From Promethearchaeum syntrophicum (GTDB lineage Archaea; Asgardarchaeota; Lokiarchaeia; Sigyniarchaeales; Promethearchaeaceae), in NCBI RefSeq assembly GCF_008000775.2, contig NZ_CP042905.2, positions 4,170,001 through 4,202,000 of the forward strand: 32,000 nucleotides of DNA, given 5' to 3'. Made by a program: the position numbers and the translations under genes. Numbering within the stretch: position 1 is the stretch's first letter; every line of letters begins with the position of its first letter. Positions 16,652 through 24,305 of this stretch are shown one piece after another. A model generated the notes under the pieces. It saw only the letters and a program-made list of their open reading frames with translations, made no database searches and was not told the DNA's origin.

Positions 16652-16969
16652 ATGGCAGATGAAAACTTTGTAGTTAAAATTAACACCGCGCTTAGTAATA
16701 AACCATTTTTCGTCAAAATCACTGATCCAAATATGACGATCTCCAGAATCTTCTCTGAAGCAATTTCCACTCTTAGAAATACTGGTAGACCATTAGAAAG
16801 TGATCAACTCAATCAGCTCTTTGAGCATCATCAGATTTTTAACAGTGGAAAAACGGTGCAAAAAGGAGAATTATTCAAAGATTTATCGAAAACAACCCAA
16901 AGTGTTAATGAACAAAATGTTACTTTGGTTGAATTGGATTTGGTTTCTAGTCATTCTGGTGGAAGCTAA
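16652..16969 (+). CDS. Ubiquitin-like beta-grasp candidate ending in GG-Ser (105 aa).
   Basis: By eye its segments are collinear with ubiquitin: FVVKI...FFVKITDPNMTISRIFSEAIS against IFVKT...LEVEPSDTIENVKAKIQ; HQIFNSGKTVQKGELFKDL against RLIFAGKQLEDGRTLSDY; and VTLVELDLVSSHSGG-S against STLHLVLRLRGG. An SD-like ggaggg lies 8 nt upstream of the ATG. The match is pattern-level only. Confidence 0.5.
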   Translation: MADENFVVKINTALSNKPFFVKITDPNMTISRIFSEAISTLRNTGRPLESDQLNQLFEHHQIFNSGKTVQKGELFKDLSKTTQSVNEQNVTLVELDLVSSHSGGS

Positions 16970-17062
16970 ACAATACCATTAAAATAAAATTTTTTTTTCT
17001 AATTCTTAAAATTGCTCAATTTTTTTAGCTTATTTAAATTATTAATAGGTGGAGGCTTAATT

Positions 17063-17503
17063 ATGTCACATCCCAAAGTTAAAATGGAAACTACAAAGGG
17101 TACTTTAATAATTGAATTATACCCAGAACATGCACCAGGCACTGTTGCCAATTTCTTAAAATTGATCAATTCACAGTTTTACGATGGTCTCACCTTTCAT
17201 AGAGTGATTCCGGAATTTGTAATTCAAGGTGGATGCCCTAAAGGAACCGGATCAGGGGGACCTGGTTGGAAAATTAAATGCGAAACAAAAGGAAATCCAT
17301 TGATTCATAAACCTGGGGCACTTTCAATGGCACATGCAGGAAAAGATACAGGAGGAAGTCAATTTTTCATTGTTCTTACTCGGGAACACACTTCTCATCT
17401 TGACGGTGCACATACAGTTTTTGGACAGGTTGTTGATGGTCTAAATTTAATCACATCTTTTGTGAAAGGGGACCGGATGACCAAAGTTACTCAAATTGAA
17501 TGA
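17063..17503 (+). CDS. Cyclophilin-type peptidyl-prolyl cis-trans isomerase.
   Basis: Motifs [44 protein letters not shown] and HTVFGQVV. The ATG at 17063 is preceded by ggtggagg and is preferred over the track's TTG at 17012, which would add a hydrophobic extension. Confidence 0.92.
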   Translation: MSHPKVKMETTKGTLIIELYPEHAPGTVANFLKLINSQFYDGLTFHRVIPEFVIQGGCPKGTGSGGPGWKIKCETKGNPLIHKPGALSMAHAGKDTGGSQFFIVLTREHTSHLDGAHTVFGQVVDGLNLITSFVKGDRMTKVTQIE

Positions 17504-17515
17504 TTTTACATTCTC

Positions 17516-17538
17516 TTTTTTGGAGATTTTTTTTTTTT
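17516..17538 (+). terminator. Candidate oligo-T terminator after the cyclophilin gene.
   Basis: A T6 run, then a T12 run at 17527-17538, within 35 nt of the stop. Confidence 0.3.
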
Positions 17539-17572
17539 AATCCTTCTACGATTCATCTGAAGGGAAAGAAAA

Positions 17573-18466
17573 ATGGCACAAATATTTAGAGCTGCAAATT
17601 TCGTAAGGGAACTTGAACCCGAAGATTTTCGAGTTTTAGTAGGCATTGAACTTGGACAACGAAGATTTTCTCATGTTCCTATTGATCAAATAAGCTTTTA
17701 TTGCCGTTATCCTCGCCCCGAAACACAATTCCGCTTAGATAAACTCCACAAATTAGGTTTATTACAGCGAAGTTCGCAATTAGGATACATAGGTTACCAA
17801 TTAATCTTCGAATCCTATGATATTCTCGCGCTCCATGCATTAGGAGAAAAAGAAATAATAAAAGGTGTAGGATCCCCTATCGGAAAGGGAAAAGAATCAG
17901 ATGTATATTTTGGTCAGAGTATTGATGGAAATGAAATTGCTTTAAAATTCCATAGAATTGGTAGAACAAGCTTTAGAAAAGTTAGAAAACTCCGCAATTA
18001 TGTAAAAAATCGAAAACATATCTCCTGGCTATATATTAGTAGGCTGTCAGCAGAGAGTGAATTCGCTGCTTTGCAAAGAATTCAACCTTTGAAACTGAAT
18101 ACTCCTGCACCCTTTGCTCAAAATCGACATGTTGTTGCAATGGGATTAATTGATGGGCAAGAATTAAGCACTATTCCACAGCTAGAAAACCCAAAAGAAG
18201 TATTAGATGAAATTTTAATGCAGGTTGAGCGCTTTTTCCTCGAAGCTGGAATGATTCATTGTGATCTTTGTGAATTTAATATATTAATCAATCCTGATAA
18301 TGAAATTCGAATTATAGATTGGCCACAATGGGAAGAGTCCACCCATCCCAATGCTCTATCATACCTAAAAAGAGATTTGGAAAATATTCAAATCTTTTTT
18401 ACTAAGCATTATGGTACCACCTTTGAAATTGATGAGGTGCTACGTACTTGTAAATTAATTGATTAG
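17573..18466 (+). CDS. rio2: RIO-type serine/threonine kinase of the Rio2 class (N-terminal winged helix plus RIO domain).
   Basis: The N-terminal wHTH (FRVLVGIELGQRRFSHVPIDQI) is specific to Rio2. The kinase part has the P-loop-like GKGKESDVYFG, then ALKFHR, a catalytic HCDLCEFNILI, and IDWPQW. Confidence 0.88.
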   Translation: MAQIFRAANFVRELEPEDFRVLVGIELGQRRFSHVPIDQISFYCRYPRPETQFRLDKLHKLGLLQRSSQLGYIGYQLIFESYDILALHALGEKEIIKGVGSPIGKGKESDVYFGQSIDGNEIALKFHRIGRTSFRKVRKLRNYVKNRKHISWLYISRLSAESEFAALQRIQPLKLNTPAPFAQNRHVVAMGLIDGQELSTIPQLENPKEVLDEILMQVERFFLEAGMIHCDLCEFNILINPDNEIRIIDWPQWEESTHPNALSYLKRDLENIQIFFTKHYGTTFEIDEVLRTCKLID

Positions 18467-18550
18467 ATGATGAGATTTTATATATCCATTTTAATTAATT
18501 TTAAAATGTTTTAGTTATTTTTAGAATATTTAAGTTTTGATTAAAATATG

Positions 18551-19153
18551 TTAACTTATTTTGAATACCCAATCTTCAGTTGAATGGGTTTTTTGTAGCT
18601 CGATTTGCATTCCTATAAATGATTTCTTGAGTTTTGTTATTAAGAGTTCCATAGATTTTTTTTTTTTCAGATAGCTAATTGCGATAATTGCACTATCTTT
18701 CTTTACCCTATTAATTTCTTCTAATCCAAGATCAAGATTGGGTAAATTTTGAAGACTTGTAAATGCATAAATATATTTAAAATGGTTTGAACGAAAGGGA
18801 AGATGCTCTCCATCACAACAAACAAATAGAACATCCTTAATATGCGGTTTTGGGAGATTTTTAGTAAAATTTAATTTATCTTTAAATATATTTAGCATCC
18901 CTATTGATATATCAATACATATTAACCGGGTTTTTTGACTTTGTTCCTTATTTTGAATTTTTGAATTAAAGAAATCCCATAATAAACCAGTTCCACACCC
19001 ATAATCCAATAGCATTATTGGATCTTTATCTAAAGGTTGCCAAAAAGGCTCAAACTTCTCAAATTGAATCGCCTTATATCTTCTATCATAAATTTCATTA
19101 TAGCTTTCCGAATTGTAACTCTCAATAATTTTTTTCTTCTTTTTTTCATTCAT
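18551..19153 (-). CDS. Class I SAM-dependent methyltransferase (200 aa).
   Basis: Motif I MLLDYGCGTGLL, an acidic residue at the end of beta-2 (CIDIS), and post-motif CCDGEHLPF. The substrate is unknown. Confidence 0.7.
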   Translation of the reverse strand: MNEKKKKKIIESYNSESYNEIYDRRYKAIQFEKFEPFWQPLDKDPIMLLDYGCGTGLLWDFFNSKIQNKEQSQKTRLICIDISIGMLNIFKDKLNFTKNLPKPHIKDVLFVCCDGEHLPFRSNHFKYIYAFTSLQNLPNLDLGLEEINRVKKDSAIIAISYLKKKKSMELLITKLKKSFIGMQIELQKTHSTEDWVFKIS

Positions 19154-19264
19154 ATTTACAACCCAAAAACCCGAACCTAAATCATGCGTCTTGAAATTTT
19201 TTTTAAGGATGGATACATTATTTAAATGAAGTAAATAAAAAAACCCTTCGTGGAGAATAAAATC

Positions 19265-19504
19265 ATGGCTTATAATAATTCTAGAAACCCACTGCGATCA
19301 CTTCAAAAGAGACTTAATGATAGCATCATAATCAGATTAAAAGACGGCACAGAATATAAAGGCAAACTTAAGGAATATGACAATTTTATGAATGTTATTC
19401 TAACAGATGCTTCAGAATTTATAAATAAAGAAGAAACTGGCAAATTTGAAGAAATTTTTGTTCGTGGAAATAATGTTTTATTTATTATTCCTGATGCAGA
19501 ATAA
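19265..19504 (+). CDS. Archaeal Sm-like protein (SmAP/LSm).
   Basis: Sm1 motif IIIRLKDGTEYKGKLKEYDNFMNVILTDA and Sm2 motif IFVRGNNVLFI. The ATG at 19265 is preferred over the track's GTG at 19250. Confidence 0.88.
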   Translation: MAYNNSRNPLRSLQKRLNDSIIIRLKDGTEYKGKLKEYDNFMNVILTDASEFINKEETGKFEEIFVRGNNVLFIIPDAE

Positions 19505-19517
19505 TTCTTACGTTAAA

Positions 19518-19931
19518 ATGCCCAAAAAATTTTCTTATCCCATAACTTTTCTACATTGTCGCGATTTGCAAGAAATTCGATCTTTTTATGAAGATATATT
19601 ACATCTCCAAGTGGCTTTAGAACAGGATAAATGTATTATCTATCGAATTGGAGAAAAATCTCAAAATGCCTACTGGGGATTTTGCGATCTTTATAGTGAA
19701 TTTTTAGAACATCCTGAAATGGTTTGTTTAACTCTTGTTGTTGACACGCGAGAAGAAGTAGATGCTTGGCATAGTGAACTGGTATCAAAAAAAGTTATAT
19801 GTATAAAACCTCCAGGTGCACTAAAACAATTTGGAATATATAATGCTTTTTATAGAGATCCTATGAACCATACAATAGAAATTCAAGTTTTTGATGAAGA
19901 TTCTAAAATAAAATTGTATTCAATTCCTTGA
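19518..19931 (+). CDS. VOC / glyoxalase-bleomycin-resistance family protein.
   Basis: A paired beta-alpha-beta-beta-beta pattern (ITFLHCRDLQEIRSFYEDILHLQV... and LTLVVDTREEVDAWHSELVSKKV...FYRDPMNHTIEIQVF). The start is moved to the ATG at 19518, because the track start at 19446 would overlap the Sm gene with a hydrophobic, non-homologous leader. Confidence 0.7.
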   Translation: MPKKFSYPITFLHCRDLQEIRSFYEDILHLQVALEQDKCIIYRIGEKSQNAYWGFCDLYSEFLEHPEMVCLTLVVDTREEVDAWHSELVSKKVICIKPPGALKQFGIYNAFYRDPMNHTIEIQVFDEDSKIKLYSIP

Positions 19932-20815
19932 TAATCTGCTCAATTCTAATATTCCCCAAGTAATAATGGGTGATATTTAACTTGATGATTTCAAATTAAA
20001 CTCATGTGATTTAATTATCTATATAGTCAAGTATTTTATTTCGTCTTCACAGATAAAAAATTTCTAATATCTTTACCAAAAGTAAGTCAGATTTTAATAA
20101 CTCGTGATTCCCAAGATGCAATAAAAAATATAAATATCATTCGGCTGTTATTCTGATAACAGATTGTGGAAGCAATAGATAATTTTTAGGACAATAAGCA
20201 ACCAATTGCCGATTTCCTTGATTATATCAAATGAAACGCCTTACAATTCCGTTTGAAGATGAATTGGAATTGATGAAATAGATGTTTTTTAATCACAACA
20301 TATAGGAAAAAAAAGAAATATTATTATGTGATATTTTTCAGTGATTTCAAGTTTAAAATGAAAAAATAATTGATTCTACTTGAATTCATCTAAATTAACT
20401 TTCATTTAAAATTTAAAACAAAATTCTCCATAATTCAGAATTTAGATCATAAATCAATATTTTTGGTTAAGAATTTATATTTTCTAAGACAAATCTTGTA
20501 GAAAACCAATTTTTAATAATTAAAATCGAAATACCATTACATATGAATTTTGCTTCGAGAAACTATATTGTATGTGTTTGTACTACAATTTGAATATATT
20601 TTGGTTGATTTTGTATAGACAATTATTTGATTAAACAAATTATTTATTAAAAATTTAGCATAATGTTATGAACCACATACTTTGTCATATTTTGCAAGAG
20701 AATTTTCCTAATTTTTATTGAGGGTACCTTTAATTGTATGAGTTTCCTTTAATAAATTGTAAAATTATTAAAATATTAAAAAAAATTTGATAATAAAATT
20801 AAAAAAAACGAGGGA

Positions 20816-21145
20816 ATGAAAAACAAAATGGAATCCGTTCAAGATTATTCTTCAATTAAACAAGACAAAGTAAGTCTTCTTCTAGGGCCTGATTTAGTAA
20901 AGGTAGCGAAAGCTTTATCAAGTCCAACCCGCCAAAAGATCCTGAGATTTCTATCTGAGGGTCCATTAGATATATCAGCCATTGCTAAGAAACTAAATCA
21001 AACTGAAGCAAATAGTTCAGCACAATTAGCGATTTTGCAGAAATCAGGATTAGTAATTAGCCGATATGAACCTGGTAATCATGGAGTACGAAAAATTTGT
21101 GAATTAAGATATAATGCTATTGACATAGATTTAATAAACGCTTAA
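20816..21145 (+). CDS. ArsR/SmtB-family winged-helix transcriptional regulator.
   Basis: LSSPTRQKILRFLSEGPLDISAIAKKLNQTEANSSAQLAILQKSGLVISRYEPG matches the ArsR HTH core pattern. Length is 109 aa. The gene is isolated between 884 bp and 369 bp of noncoding DNA. Confidence 0.8.
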   Translation: MKNKMESVQDYSSIKQDKVSLLLGPDLVKVAKALSSPTRQKILRFLSEGPLDISAIAKKLNQTEANSSAQLAILQKSGLVISRYEPGNHGVRKICELRYNAIDIDLINA

Positions 21146-21514
21146 TTTTTTTTATCTTTTTTAGTTAATCATCCGAATTTTTAATCAATTACATTCTTTC
21201 TTTTAGAATTTAAATTATATCTTATTCTTATTTATTTTACTCTAACATTTTTAATGTTGAAATATTAAAAAGATTAAATCTCTCATAAATTTTAATTTTT
21301 TATTGTTTATCTATCATATTTTCTTTGTTTATTCATTTATTATTAATTTCTTTAAAATGAATATTTTTTTTGGAATTATTCCAATATTTTTATTTGCACA
21401 TTAATATTTCTTTTTTCTAATTGAACATACAATGTAATAATTTATATACATTCCTAACAAGCTATTTAAATGAAAACTATAATTCTTGAAAATTCAGTAG
21501 TAGAGGTAATTTAA

Positions 21515-22315
21515 ATGAATATAAATAAAGAAGTTGATTTAAAAAAGAAAATACCAGAAAAACGGCCACCAATATTTACATTACGGCTAAATGAAGAGTT
21601 AATTGAGAAGATAGATAAATTAAGTGGGGAAATGGGTGTGTCAAAATCTAAATTTGCAAAGAGTTACATTCAATTAAGTGAATATTTTCTCGTAGAACCC
21701 AATTTAAATTTAACCACCTTCGCTAAAATGGATCTTTCAATTTTTCCTACTGAGATTTTAAAAGATTTACTCCAATTGCTCCAATTACTCCCTGAAAAAA
21801 ATCAAATAGCGATTGGAGATAAATTAGGTACAATAATCAATAATAATTTTCAAACCGCGGGTCTTCAAAATCTTGATGAGAAAAGAGAATTAATTCAAGG
21901 TTTTAATTGGATCAAATTTACTCCTGTCCATCTTATTGATGAAGAAAAAGTGTCAAAAACTAAAGAGACTCAGAAAATTGAAAGGCAGTTTTGGGGAATT
22001 CCCAAAGATATGTGGCCTATTTCAGTTATCCATGCAATGTTATATAGATTAATTTATAATAAAAAATTCAATTCAATTTGGGAAGCAAGTTTATACAAAA
22101 AATATTTAGAATTGACTCCGGAAAGGAAGAAGAATTTTAAGAAAAACCCAAAAATTTACAAAGATCTTAATAAAGTGAAGGATTTTCTATATGAATTTGA
22201 AGGGGAAATTGGGAGTAGAAAAGAAAATTTCGAAGCAGAACATATTTATTATTATTTTGATGTGTTAAGAATCGAAGAGGAAAAGAACGAGGAAATTATA
22301 GAGGAAAAGAAATAG
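21515..22315 (+). CDS. Ribbon-helix-helix (CopG-like) N-terminal domain fused to an uncharacterised C-terminal region of about 200 aa.
   Basis: The RHH pattern sits at residues about 20-55: beta-strand PIFTLRLNEEL, helix IEKIDKLSGEMG, helix SKSKFAKSYIQL. I do not recognise the remainder. The tail is acidic (RIEEEKNEEIIEEKK). Confidence 0.6.
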   Translation: MNINKEVDLKKKIPEKRPPIFTLRLNEELIEKIDKLSGEMGVSKSKFAKSYIQLSEYFLVEPNLNLTTFAKMDLSIFPTEILKDLLQLLQLLPEKNQIAIGDKLGTIINNNFQTAGLQNLDEKRELIQGFNWIKFTPVHLIDEEKVSKTKETQKIERQFWGIPKDMWPISVIHAMLYRLIYNKKFNSIWEASLYKKYLELTPERKKNFKKNPKIYKDLNKVKDFLYEFEGEIGSRKENFEAEHIYYYFDVLRIEEEKNEEIIEEKK

Positions 22316-22350
22316 ATATATTGCAATGAAATTCATAGGTGAGGATATTT

Positions 22351-23364
22351 ATGAGTAAGAAGATAACTATTGCAGCTGCCATAGGTCTTACGGGAATTTT
22401 GATAATCTCAGGAGTTATATTTATTCCCAAAATATTCAAAAACCAAAATAATTTTCAAGAAATAGAATTTACAAGCAACGAAATAATTGAACTAATAGAA
22501 TCAGATTTTTATTTCCTAAATTTAACGGTGGATTATGGCTTTGATAAGTATATAAATAATCCGGAAGCATCACAAAAACTTCAATCTCAAGTAGAAATTC
22601 AATATGGGTGTACATGTATCTCCATTCTGGATCCAATGAAAAATTCCCTATTCGGGAGAAATTTCGATTGGTATGATGGAGGAAAGTTGATCCTTGTCAC
22701 ACAACCTGAAAATGGGTACAAATCAATTTCTATGGTTGATTTATATTCTTTAGAACATTACAGTGGCATTTCCATTGATGAAATGTCGTCTTCGGAATTT
22801 TGGCAATTAGCGTTCTCTCCATTTGACGGTATGAATGAATGGGGGGTTGCCGTTGGTTGTCTAGTATCCCCCGGTATGATTATTTCTGATGATTCAGCAA
22901 AACAGAATTTAGGTTCACTGGAGTTTATGCGATTGGCATTAGATTATGCAAAAAATGTTTCCGAGGTAATAGATCTCTGGAAAAACTACGATATGGATTA
23001 TGGAATGGGTCCCGATGTTCATTATATGGTAGCTGATGCTCAAGGAAACTCAGTAGTATTGGAATGGATTAATGGAGAAATGGAGGTTATTGCCAATACA
23101 CAACCGTGGCAAGTGGTAACCAACTTCAGGATATATAATGCTACAGAACAAGACCAGTTAAATTGTTGGCGTTTTTCAGAGGTTAATGAGACATTAAATG
23201 TTGTTGGGAATTCGATGAATAGCTCCCAACTCTTGAATTTGCTTGCCGATGTATCGCAAGTGGGGTTTACCAAATGGTCAAATGTGTATGATTTAATTAA
23301 TCAAAAAGTGTATATAACCATTGATCGAAACTACAATGAGGAGCCGTATATTTTTACTTTGTAA
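22351..23364 (+). CDS. Linear amide C-N hydrolase of the choloylglycine hydrolase / penicillin V acylase family (Ntn hydrolase), with an N-terminal signal anchor.
   Basis: An N-terminal TM segment (ITIAAAIGLTGILIISGVIFIP), then a pro-region, then the candidate Ntn nucleophile Cys in YGCTCISILD, followed by the family-typical GRNFDW. The ATG at 22351 is preceded by ggtgagg. Confidence 0.7.
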   Translation: MSKKITIAAAIGLTGILIISGVIFIPKIFKNQNNFQEIEFTSNEIIELIESDFYFLNLTVDYGFDKYINNPEASQKLQSQVEIQYGCTCISILDPMKNSLFGRNFDWYDGGKLILVTQPENGYKSISMVDLYSLEHYSGISIDEMSSSEFWQLAFSPFDGMNEWGVAVGCLVSPGMIISDDSAKQNLGSLEFMRLALDYAKNVSEVIDLWKNYDMDYGMGPDVHYMVADAQGNSVVLEWINGEMEVIANTQPWQVVTNFRIYNATEQDQLNCWRFSEVNETLNVVGNSMNSSQLLNLLADVSQVGFTKWSNVYDLINQKVYITIDRNYNEEPYIFTL

Positions 23365-23392
23365 TTTTAGTGAAAATCAATCAAAATCTCTT

Positions 23393-24226
23393 TCATTTAC
23401 ATATTACAGAATCACTTTTAAAAGCAATAAATAGCCCTATTTTTCCTGTAACATGAAATTTCCCTTGTTCTTGGAAAATTTCAGCTAATTTTGAAACGAT
23501 TTGCGGTCGTATCTCTGGATATTTAGGATATTTTTCAAGTGGAAACATCGAATCAATATAAGGTAATAAAACAACGGAATCTTTTAGCACAATATTGTTA
23601 TTATATTCAAAATACTCAACAAGAGGAAAAACGGGGGTGAGAAATCCTGGGGCATCCTCACAATGATATGGACTAAAATATTTGGTTTTAAGAGTCACAT
23701 CTAAATCAAATTGTAGGAGAAGATCTCGTATCTCTTGAATATGGGAAACACTTGTTGTTGTTGAAATGAATCTTCCATGGGGTTTTAAAACTCGTTGAAT
23801 TTCTGAGAGAGATTTAGGTATATTTGGCACATGATATAACATATGACACCCCACTACCAAATCCATAGAATTATCAGGAATTACAAGATTTTGTGCATCC
23901 ATTTGATATATTTCTGCAGAAATCCCAACTTTATCAACATTTTTCTGAGTTTCAGATACCATACCTAAAGAAAAATCTGTAAGTGTTAATGCTATTGAGT
24001 TGGGTAGAAAATCCTTATTTTCACACCACATCATTCCTTTCCCACATCCAAGTTCAAGGACATGTTCTCCTTCTTGGAGATTTAGATGGTGAAAAATCCA
24101 AGTTCCTAGTTGAACTTTATTATCCCCTAGAGTCCATAAATTTTGGCGTTTTTCCAGATTAGTAGAAGAACTATATTGAAGTTTTGCATATTTAGAAATT
24201 TCTTCGTTTTTATCCATAAGAATCAC
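23393..24226 (-). CDS. Class I SAM-dependent methyltransferase (277 aa).
   Basis: Motif I VLELGCGKGMMW, an acidic loop (LTDFSLGM), DLVVGCHMLYHV and LKPHGRFI. The substrate is unknown. Confidence 0.75.
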   Translation of the reverse strand: MILMDKNEEISKYAKLQYSSSTNLEKRQNLWTLGDNKVQLGTWIFHHLNLQEGEHVLELGCGKGMMWCENKDFLPNSIALTLTDFSLGMVSETQKNVDKVGISAEIYQMDAQNLVIPDNSMDLVVGCHMLYHVPNIPKSLSEIQRVLKPHGRFISTTTSVSHIQEIRDLLLQFDLDVTLKTKYFSPYHCEDAPGFLTPVFPLVEYFEYNNNIVLKDSVVLLPYIDSMFPLEKYPKYPEIRPQIVSKLAEIFQEQGKFHVTGKIGLFIAFKSDSVICK

Positions 24227-24305
24227 AATATATAATTAAATAAAAATTGAAATTAATGTATAAAAGGCGCGTTGGTACCTTAGCATATTGAAATAACATA
24301 GAAAC

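Noticed and set aside
19984-20160. Possible C/D-box sRNA: a tgatga C-box-like motif at 19984-19989 and a ctga D-box-like motif near 20153. A similar aatgatgt motif sits near 11072.
   Set aside because: The C-like and D-like boxes are about 170 nt apart, far beyond the 50-70 nt of archaeal C/D sRNAs. There are no matching C'/D' boxes and no terminal stem. Such 4-7-mers are expected by chance in AT-rich DNA.
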